This document shows, piece after piece, positions 16,851-23,038 of a stretch of 32,000 nucleotides of DNA. The position numbers and the translations under genes were made by a program. The notes under the pieces are model-generated. The model did no database searches. It was not told where the DNA came from and saw only the letters and a program-made list of their open reading frames with translations. The DNA comes from Mycolicibacter heraklionensis (GTDB lineage Bacteria; Actinomycetota; Actinomycetes; Mycobacteriales; Mycobacteriaceae), in NCBI RefSeq assembly GCF_019645815.1, contig NZ_CP080997.1, forward strand, positions 1,460,880 to 1,492,879, read 5' to 3'. Numbering within the stretch: position 1 is the first letter of the stretch; the number at the start of each line of letters is the position of its first letter.

Positions 16851-17348
16851 CTACCCTCCGAGCAGTGCGCGGGCGTCCTTGATCAGTAGCGTCAGATGCA
16901 GGTCATCGGTTGGACTTGGCATGAAGTCGAAGTGCCGGTAAAAACTGGCGGCATCTGAGTGCAGTGCGTGCACCAGGATCGCGCGCACACCAATGGTGTC
17001 GGCGGCCTGCGCTGATCGGGTGATCGCGTCCCGCAGGAGATGACTGCCCAGCCCGTTACCCCGCTCCTCTCGGTCGACGGCGAGCCGGGACAGCAGAATC
17101 ACCGGCACCGGTCGCGGCATATTTCGGCGCACCCTGCCTGGCGCGTCCTGGTGCTGAACAGACCCCGCCGCCAAGCAGTAGTAACCGACCACCCGCCTTC
17201 CGATCGTGGTGACGAAACACCTGGAGCCGCCCTCGATGTGGTTGGCCAGCGCCTTCCGCCGCAAGTAATCGTCCAAGCTGGGTTCGCCGCTGTCGAACGC
17301 AGCGACTTCGTCGGCCTGGGCTATTGGCCGGGGGAAGCTATAGCTCAC
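16851..17348 (-). CDS. GNAT-family acetyltransferase toxin (TacT/KacT-like)
   Basis: The ORF is 16851..17450. GTG at 17348 overlaps the antitoxin TGA (GTGA), giving 165 aa. Motifs present: FDSGEPSLDDYL, VVGYYCLAAGSV, RRNMPRPVPVILLSRLAVDREERGNGLGSHLL and AILVHALHSDAASFYRHFDF. Confidence 0.85.
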   Translation of the reverse strand: MSYSFPRPIAQADEVAAFDSGEPSLDDYLRRKALANHIEGGSRCFVTTIGRRVVGYYCLAAGSVQHQDAPGRVRRNMPRPVPVILLSRLAVDREERGNGLGSHLLRDAITRSAQAADTIGVRAILVHALHSDAASFYRHFDFMPSPTDDLHLTLLIKDARALLGG

Positions 17349-17776
17349 CTCTCGGGCGTCGTATCGAAGACGCTGGGTTCGGAAAATAATTTCTCGAGTC
17401 GAGGCTTGGGTGAAGCCGGTGCGTCGAGCATCGCGTTGAACTCGGTCCATGCGGCGTCGTCCAAGATGAAGAGCCTGCGGTCGGCCAAGATGTCGGCGGC
17501 GCGTGCCAGCAGCGTCGTGATGGTGAAGTTCGTGATATCGGTTCCTGTGAGTTCAGCGGCGTGGCGAATGATCGCGTCTTGGTCGGGCGTCAGCCTCGCG
17601 GTGAGGCGACTGGTCTTTCGCTCCCCGGATGTCCACTTACCGTCTGCCGAGACGCGGATTGTCTTATTGGAACAGTCGCGCGGTGCGATGTGCCTCCCAG
17701 TTTGGGCACTGCTCGCAACTGGCTTCCCGGCAGGCCTGCCGCGGTCCGGGTCGGTCTTCCCACGTTGCTCAGCCAT
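17345..17776 (-). CDS. DUF1778 (TacA-like) antitoxin with an N-terminal extension
   Basis: The C-terminal part, RLTARLTPDQDAIIRHAAELTGTDITNFTITTLLARAADILADRRLFILDDAAWTEFNAMLDAP, is DUF1778-like. The first usable in-frame start is ATG 17776. No ATG/GTG/TTG lies between it and the domain, so about 55 aa precede the domain. Confidence 0.75.
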   Translation of the reverse strand: MAEQRGKTDPDRGRPAGKPVASSAQTGRHIAPRDCSNKTIRVSADGKWTSGERKTSRLTARLTPDQDAIIRHAAELTGTDITNFTITTLLARAADILADRRLFILDDAAWTEFNAMLDAPASPKPRLEKLFSEPSVFDTTPER

Positions 17777-17811
17777 ACGGCCGATTGTGCGCCCAATGGG
17801 CGTACAAATCA

Positions 17812-17917
17812 ATGTGCTCGGGCTCGGCCACGCCATCCAGACCCGGGGGAGCATCTATCACTCCAGCGCCCTGACGGTCATGGGGTGGAGCCGGCGCCGG
17901 CGTTGCGGGCGATGATC
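17812..17917 (+). pseudogene. Relic of the monooxygenase 3' end (third copy of the last ~32 codons)
   Basis: ggccacgccatccagacccgggggagcatctatcactccagcgccctgacggtcatggggtggagccggcgccggcgttgcgggcgatgatctg aligns with 16715-16809 and 2110-2204. It carries a 1-nt deletion and has lost the stop codon. Confidence 0.8.
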
Positions 17918-18064
17918 TGGGGGGTGGCGAAGCTCGCGGGGGCGTTGACATGCTGCCACGGGCCGAAGTTGGTCCTTCGGGGCGGACATCGAAACGGCAC
18001 CGGGCATGGCTCGTCGTCGATCTCCGCCCCTGGCGACACCTGGATTTGTCCTCCATTTGCAACC

Positions 18065-18086
18065 TGCGTAACATTTAAGTCACGCA
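18065..18086. promoter_or_regulatory. Candidate operator: TGCGTAAC-atttaa-GTCACGCA (7/8 inverted repeat) upstream of the HigA-like gene
   Basis: Read directly. It lies 20 nt upstream of ATG 18106. A direct repeat acctgcgt occurs at 18062-18069 and 18086-18093. Confidence 0.4.
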
Positions 18087-18105
18087 CCTGCGTGAGGAGT
18101 TGACC

Positions 18106-18447
18106 ATGTCGGAGACGTTTAACACTCTGTTGGCCGAGCGGCTCGCAGATCCAGAGTTCGCCCGCAGCTATGCCGCTGAGACGGCGCGCATCGCTGCGAT
18201 CGACGCCGTCGTCAATCAGCTCGATGACGCACGAGAAGCGTCCAACCTCACCAAGGCGCGGCTCGCCCGCGCGATCGGTTCTCATCCCAGCGTCGTGCGC
18301 CGCCTGCTGTCCGCGCAGACTGTGAACCCGACCCTTGCCACCGTGGCCGAACTTGCTGCGGCCCTGGGGTTGAAGGTCACGTTGACTCCCATGTCCGCCG
18401 AGGAGCGTGAACGGATCACCAAGCCGATGCTCGCGGTAAGTGCCTAG
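18106..18447 (+). CDS. XRE-family HTH antitoxin (HigA-like)
   Basis: ATG 18106 lies 7 nt after GAGGAG. The protein reads MSETFNTLLAERLADPEFARSYAAE...SNLTKARLARAIGSHPSVVRRLLSAQTVNPTLATVAELAAALGLKVTL, the pattern of HigA-type antitoxins. Confidence 0.75.
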   Translation: MSETFNTLLAERLADPEFARSYAAETARIAAIDAVVNQLDDAREASNLTKARLARAIGSHPSVVRRLLSAQTVNPTLATVAELAAALGLKVTLTPMSAEERERITKPMLAVSA

Positions 18448-18911
18448 CCGTTTTTCACAGAACGCGGGTTGCGGCTGAAATACTCAGTTCCCAGCTCGCG
18501 CACCTTGAGGTGGTCCGCTTCGCTGAACGTCGTTCGTACAGCCTTGCTCATGCCCGTGATCACCGCGAGGATCGGCCGGTCCGTTCCGAGCGCTTCGGTG
18601 TCCACGCGACAAAACAGGCGATAGTGCCTGCGCGGCTTCGACCCGTCGACGCGGACCTCGTGCCAGCCGCTCATGGACCCGTGCATCGCTTCCCAGTGCC
18701 CACCGCCGGCGAAGCGTTTCGGTGGTGCCTCGGCGACGGCCTTGAGAACCGCGAGCATCGTCGCCTGCACCTTGGATGGGCACGCGCGCAGGAATTCCAG
18801 GCCGGGGGCGCTCTGTTCTGGGTCCTCATTTGGGCGCCGTTGGAAGAATTCGACACGGTGCGGTGCGTCCGACGACAAGCCCTGGCGAGGCGCTTTCTTC
18901 GCCTTGCTCAT
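18444..18911 (-). CDS. HigB/Gp49-like (RelE/ParE superfamily) toxin
   Basis: ...VEFFQR...GLEFLRACPSKVQATMLAVLKAVAE...MSGWHEVRVDGSKPRRHYRLFCRVD...RPILAVITGMSKAVRTTFSEADHLKVRELGTEYF fits the Gp49/HigB pattern, including my recollection of Mtb HigB. The start may instead be 18971. Confidence 0.65.
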   Translation of the reverse strand: MSKAKKAPRQGLSSDAPHRVEFFQRRPNEDPEQSAPGLEFLRACPSKVQATMLAVLKAVAEAPPKRFAGGGHWEAMHGSMSGWHEVRVDGSKPRRHYRLFCRVDTEALGTDRPILAVITGMSKAVRTTFSEADHLKVRELGTEYFSRNPRSVKNG

Positions 18912-19024
18912 GAGCGTGGATGGTAAGACAGTCCGGCTATTCGTGAGTTCCAGGCGGTGCATCCTGTGCATGAACGGTCAGGTCGGTGTATGCGTCAAAT
19001 CCGGGCCGGAGTTGGGAAGCGGAG

Positions 19025-19144
19025 TCACACGAACACTCCCTCCGCCATCGCGTCGATGAGCGCCAATACGCGTTGGTACTCGCCGTCTCGAACGAGGTCG
19101 GCAGGCTTGCGGTGTTCCCGTAACCGCCTCACTGCAATCCGCAC
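19025..19144 (-). pseudogene. MbcA/Xre-ParS-type antitoxin, C-terminal fragment only
   Basis: The reverse frame reads ...RRLREHRKPADLVRDGEYQRVLALIDAMAEGVFV*. This matches my recollection of the C-terminus of M. tuberculosis MbcA (Rv1990c). There is no usable N-terminus and no RES toxin gene downstream. Confidence 0.5.
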
Positions 19145-19238
19145 GTACTCGGGTTTGCGCCGCCGACAGCGGTATCGCTGAGAGGAGCATCTCGGCCTTG
19201 GGGCTCCGGACTGACCGGGGAACGGGACATGACAGCGC

Positions 19239-19275
19239 TATAGCTAACTTTCAAGATATAAAACTATACTAAAGA
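19239..19275 (+). promoter_or_regulatory. Conserved AT-rich promoter block upstream of Fic copy 2, with -10 TATACT at 19265-19270
   Basis: See 2384..2419. Confidence 0.4.
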
Positions 19276-19310
19276 TGGCTTTGGTATCGGTTACGTGAGA
19301 AGGGTTCGCT

Positions 19311-20495
19311 ATGGGCTGGCCTGCGCATCACGTTGAGCAGCGTGAGTGGGCGCCTCGTACGCGACAGGGTAACCGTGACGATCGCATGCTCAAGCAGATC
19401 GAAGTGGCGCTACCTCCAATGATTGGCGACCTGGACTATGACCCGGTGGGTGCAGTGGCGCGCGCGCATGAGGCCGCCCTGGTTGCCGTCGCTCGCCTGG
19501 AAGCCGGATTCGGCCAGCATCTTGCACCCTTAGCGGATTTCTTGCTCCGGAGCGAGTCCGTGGCGTCATCCAAGATCGAGCACATCGACGCTGGATGGCG
19601 TGCGTTCGGTAAAGCCTTCGCAGGCGGAAATGCCAGCGCGGAGGCGGAATCTCAACTCGCTGCCGTTCGGGCGTTGATGCAACTTGTTGACGCGGCCGAC
19701 GCTGGTCCTCTTACTCTCGAAGCGGTCCTGGAAACCCATCGACTACTGATGGCCCCCGACCCCTACGCCGACAGCCCCGGGCAGCTGCGCAACGTCCAGA
19801 ACTGGATCGGTGGCAGCGACTACACACCGATCGGGGCGCTCTATGTACCGCCACCACGCGAGTTAGTGCTTTCTCTCGTAGAGGACCTGCTGGTATTCGC
19901 CAACCGCACAGATCTGCCGATCGTCGCGCAGGCCGCTATCGCCCACGCCCAGTTCGAATCGATCCACCCTTTTACCGACGGCAACGGCCGTATCGGACGT
20001 GCGCTGATCAGCGCCATCCTCCGCAGGCGGGGGCTCACCCAACGAGTTACGGTGCCGCTGGCCTCGGTCATGCTGGCCAATACCGACGACTATTTCGGGC
20101 GGCTCACCAACTACCGCCGCGGTGACGCCGATCAATTTGTCGGCTACCTCGCCGAAGCCGCCGTACATGCGAGCAGCGCTGCGGAAGAATCTGCAGTTCG
20201 TCTCGCCGAACTGCCCGACCACTGGCGGTCAGTGGCGCGCCCACGGTCCGGCTCTGCAGACGAGACTCTACTCGAGAGCCTCTTGGACGTTCCGATCTTC
20301 AATGCCGATACCGCCCAACAGATCACGGGAACGACAGATGCCAGCACATACCGGGCACTCGGACGGCTGATGGAGGTCGGCATCCTTGAAATATTGTCGA
20401 CGGGCGCGCGCAATCGCGTCTGGGCTGCCGCCGACGTATTGACCGAGCTCGATGCACTCAGTGATGCGATCGGCCGGCGAGTTCGCCCCGGGTAG
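19311..20495 (+). CDS. Fic/DOC-family protein, copy 2
   Basis: 394 aa, with 20 substitutions relative to copy 1. HPFTDGNGRIGRAL and SSKIEHI are both retained. Confidence 0.9.
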   Translation: MGWPAHHVEQREWAPRTRQGNRDDRMLKQIEVALPPMIGDLDYDPVGAVARAHEAALVAVARLEAGFGQHLAPLADFLLRSESVASSKIEHIDAGWRAFGKAFAGGNASAEAESQLAAVRALMQLVDAADAGPLTLEAVLETHRLLMAPDPYADSPGQLRNVQNWIGGSDYTPIGALYVPPPRELVLSLVEDLLVFANRTDLPIVAQAAIAHAQFESIHPFTDGNGRIGRALISAILRRRGLTQRVTVPLASVMLANTDDYFGRLTNYRRGDADQFVGYLAEAAVHASSAAEESAVRLAELPDHWRSVARPRSGSADETLLESLLDVPIFNADTAQQITGTTDASTYRALGRLMEVGILEILSTGARNRVWAAADVLTELDALSDAIGRRVRPG

Positions 20496-20544
20496 AGGGC
20501 CTCGGATCGACGACTCCTTCGTTGCTCGCGGTGCGACTCCTGGG

Positions 20545-20841
20545 TTAGGCGGCAGCGATGCGGATGGTGAGTCGCTGCCCGCAGGCGCGGGCGAGGCGTT
20601 CGAGCAGCTCGACCGTCGGAGTGCGGGCTCCGGATTCGATGGATGCGATTGCCGACTGCGTGGTGCCCATCTTGCGGGCCAGCTCAGCCTGGGTCAGCCC
20701 CGCGGTCTCGCGAGCACGGTAGACGGTCTCAGCCAGTTCCATCACCAGACCTGCGATCGCATAAGCCTCGTCGAACGCAGCCCGATCGTCAGGGGCAAGT
20801 TCAGCCAGAATCTGTTCGCGACGGTCGCTGTAGCTGCTCAT
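20545..20841 (-). CDS. XRE-family HTH antitoxin (HigA-type)
   Basis: 98 aa: ...ETAGLTQAELARKMGTTQSAIASIESGARTPTVELLERLARACGQRLTI. It lies 4 nt downstream of the toxin gene on the same strand. Confidence 0.8.
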   Translation of the reverse strand: MSSYSDRREQILAELAPDDRAAFDEAYAIAGLVMELAETVYRARETAGLTQAELARKMGTTQSAIASIESGARTPTVELLERLARACGQRLTIRIAAA

Positions 20842-20845
20842 CGTT

Positions 20846-21190
20846 TTATCCCTTGCCTTGCCGGCGACGTAACACGTTGCGTGCTCGCTGCACTTCCTTG
20901 CGTTCGTTGTTGCGCTGCTTGCGCAACGTAGTCAGTGTGATCACCTGGCGCTCAAGCTCCACCGTGTAGGTAATACGTTGATTCACCCGCTCGCACCGAA
21001 ACCGCAGTTCCCACCGGTCGTCGTCGAGCTTTCGGCTGTGCGGCGTCCGCAATGAGGACCCACGCACCGCGAGCAGATCCAAGGCCCGGACGGCTTGTGC
21101 CGTGGCCTTGGCAGACAACGCCTGCAACCACTCGTCCACCTCTTCGCTTAGCTCAATGTGCCATAGCTGACCATCTCGGCGGGACACCAA
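20846..21190 (-). CDS. RelE/ParE-superfamily toxin (HigB-type, toxin-first operon)
   Basis: 114 aa: LWHIELSEEVDEWLQAL...RWELRFRCERVNQRITYTVELERQVITLTTLRKQRNNERKEVQRA. Confidence 0.75.
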   Translation of the reverse strand: MVSRRDGQLWHIELSEEVDEWLQALSAKATAQAVRALDLLAVRGSSLRTPHSRKLDDDRWELRFRCERVNQRITYTVELERQVITLTTLRKQRNNERKEVQRARNVLRRRQGKG

Positions 21191-21199
21191 GATAATATA

Positions 21200-21505
21200 T
21201 TGCTGTCGCTATATCGCGGCAACGATATACGCCGCGCACACGAACTGCTGGGCGTCAAGATCGGCAATCAATATCGGTATCCCAAGTTCCAGATCGACCC
21301 GATGCGTCAGCAGATCCGCCCCATCGTGGCTTATGCGAACCGTCAGCTGGAATGCGACGCAGACCCGTGGGGAACGCTGGACTGGTGGTATCGCGCCGAT
21401 GAAGGCCTTGAGGATCGGCGTCCGATCGACATGGTCGAAAGTGGTGAACTGACTGAGGATCTGGTCGACCTCGCGATCCAACTCGGTCAACAGGGCATGG
21501 TTTGA
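21200..21505 (+). CDS. Xre/MbcA/ParS-type antitoxin (toxin-binding domain), possibly N-terminally truncated
   Basis: ...YRYPKFQIDP...DPWGTLDWWYRADEGLEDRRPIDMVESGELTEDLVDLAIQLGQQG fits the DUF2384-type C-terminal domain. It has a TTG start, and the HTH part looks shortened (AHELLGVKIGNQ). Confidence 0.6.
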   Translation: MLSLYRGNDIRRAHELLGVKIGNQYRYPKFQIDPMRQQIRPIVAYANRQLECDADPWGTLDWWYRADEGLEDRRPIDMVESGELTEDLVDLAIQLGQQGMV

Positions 21506-21615
21506 GCGATGCCGACCAATCGGTACAACGGACGCCTCGCTACGTCGAGCCCGTCCGCAAAGGTGCCGAGCTGTACCGGACTATTGGTTCGTTGATCCCG
21601 AGCGCGGGCTCGTAG
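21502..21615 (+). pseudogene. RES-domain toxin, N-terminal 37-codon stub
   Basis: TTG overlaps the antitoxin TGA (TTGA). It reads LSDADQSVQRTPRYVEPVRKGAELYRTIGSLIPSAGS*. The GxELYR segment resembles RES-toxin N-termini. The RES catalytic region is absent. Confidence 0.45.
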
Positions 21616-21647
21616 CTATCCGTAGCACCCATTGCTACAGTTGCGTC

Positions 21648-21896
21648 ATGCCCAAGACCATCGCTCAGCGGGATCTCCGCAACAACAATGCGAAGGTGGT
21701 CGATGCGGTGGTGGCTGGTGAGACGTTCGTCGTGACCCGCAATGGCGAGCCGGTGGCCGAACTTCGCCCGCTGCGGGCTGCGCGTCGCACTTTCATCACG
21801 CGCGGCGAAGTCGCTGCACTGGCGGGTACGGCGGTGCGCATTGACCATCGTCAGTTCCGGGCCGACCTCGACCGGGTCATCGACCAGGGAATCTGA
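21648..21896 (+). CDS. Phd/YefM-family antitoxin
   Basis: 82 aa: MPKTIAQRDLRNNNAKVVDAVVAGETFVVTRNGEPVAELRPL. Confidence 0.85.
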   Translation: MPKTIAQRDLRNNNAKVVDAVVAGETFVVTRNGEPVAELRPLRAARRTFITRGEVAALAGTAVRIDHRQFRADLDRVIDQGI

Positions 21897-21897
21897 G

Positions 21898-22293
21898 GTG
21901 ACGTCCGGTCTCTTGGACACCTCGGTCGTGATCGACTGGCACGACCCGGCGGTCATTGCTGCGCTTCCCGGCGAGGTGGCGATATCGGCCATCACTGCTG
22001 CCGAGTTGGCTGCCGGCCCGCTGTTGGCGACGACGGCCCTCGAGGCGGCCAAGCGCCAGGCCCGGCTGCAGGAGGTGGAATCCCGGCTGGAGCCCATCCC
22101 CTTCGACGAGTCCGCCGTCCGCAGTTATGGCCTCGTTGTCGCCGCAGTGGCGCGCGAAGGACGAAAGCCACGAAGCCGCTTCGCGGATCTGTTGATCGCA
22201 GCAACGGCGCACGCCAATCGGCTCGACCTCTACAGTCGCAACGCCCAGGATTTCGCGGGGCTCGAGGGCCTGATTCGCGTCGTTGCCGTTTGA
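21898..22293 (+). CDS. vapC: PIN-domain ribonuclease toxin VapC
   Basis: GTG 21898 lies 1 nt after the antitoxin stop. The protein reads VTSGLLDTSVVIDW...ISAITAAEL...FADLLIAATAHANRLDLYSRNAQDF, with the PIN acidic residues in place. Confidence 0.85.
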   Translation: MTSGLLDTSVVIDWHDPAVIAALPGEVAISAITAAELAAGPLLATTALEAAKRQARLQEVESRLEPIPFDESAVRSYGLVVAAVAREGRKPRSRFADLLIAATAHANRLDLYSRNAQDFAGLEGLIRVVAV

Positions 22294-22319
22294 TCGCCCG
22301 GTGCGTTAGGCGCGCACGT

Positions 22320-22820
22320 CTAGCGAGGAACCGCGAACGCCACCAGCGCGGCCGATCCCAGCTCCACGTCCGCCCAGCTGCCGACGACATGAAGGACGGC
22401 GATTCCCGACGTCGGGTACTTCTCCGAGATCTGTTGGGCTACAGCACTATCGGTGCCATCGCCGGCCAGTCCCAGTGCGACGCGCGACATCGCTGGCTCG
22501 TGACCGATCACCAGCAGCGTGTCGACGTCGTCGGCGACGGTGTTGATGGTCGCGATCACGGTTCCGGGCATCGCGTCGTAGAGATCGTCGACATAGCGCA
22601 CCGGGGCCGTCAGTGCGGTTTGCGCGTAAGTCTGTCGGGTACGGGTGGCGGTCGAACACAGCACCGCATCGACGGCCGGCGCGTGAGCGCGCAGCCATTC
22701 GCCGGCCAGTCCGGCCTCCCGGATCCCGCGCGGCGCCAACGGACGCTCATGGTCGGCCGCTCCGGGCGGATAGTCCGACTTGGCGTGCCGCAGCAGGATC
22801 AGGGTGCGGTGAGTGCTCAC
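22320..22820 (-). CDS. Histidine phosphatase family protein (SixA-like)
   Basis: 166 aa: LILLRHAKSD...LLVIGHEPAM (RH and H catalytic motifs). Its position next to the sbcD-like gene matches Rv1276c as I recall it. Confidence 0.8.
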   Translation of the reverse strand: MSTHRTLILLRHAKSDYPPGAADHERPLAPRGIREAGLAGEWLRAHAPAVDAVLCSTATRTRQTYAQTALTAPVRYVDDLYDAMPGTVIATINTVADDVDTLLVIGHEPAMSRVALGLAGDGTDSAVAQQISEKYPTSGIAVLHVVGSWADVELGSAALVAFAVPR

Positions 22821-22971
22821 CCGCTCCAGGGTAGGGGGTGACTGATATCGCCCGCGCTATCCGATTCGCAAACATCTCACTGGCCCTCCGGCGGTGCTGA
22901 AGTGTCGGGTGTGACGCACGAGTTCGAAGCGCGGTGCGGGTTTGCGGACCTGCCGATCGAGGTCCGCGGGC

Positions 22972-22994
22972 TTGTCGGTGAGCGGCCATACACT
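22972..22994 (+). promoter_or_regulatory. RecA-independent DNA-damage promoter motif (RecA-NDp / PafBC type)
   Basis: TTGTCGGTG-agcggcca-TACACT exactly fits the published mycobacterial consensus tTGTCRgtg-N8-TAnnnT. It lies 44 nt upstream of the sbcD-like ATG. Confidence 0.6.
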
Positions 22995-23038
22995 CGCGAT
23001 GCCCGGCCGACGGCCCGGCGGAAAGGGACAGGACCGAC

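Larger units (their letters stand above)
19120..20543. repeat. Duplicated Fic unit, copy 2
   Basis: See 2258..3711. The right boundary coincides with the stop codon of the convergent HTH antitoxin gene at 20545. Confidence 0.8.

Noticed and set aside
17040-17915. A 291-aa plus-strand ORF spanning the TacAT region
   Set aside because: It is antisense to the GNAT toxin and DUF1778 antitoxin. Only its last ~30 codons (GLGHAIQTRGSIYHSSALTVMG) reflect real ancestry, namely the monooxygenase 3' relic.
22821-23038. A LexA SOS box upstream of the sbcD-like gene
   Set aside because: Only a TTCGAA palindrome is present, at about 22923-22928. There is no GAAC-N4-GTTC arrangement.
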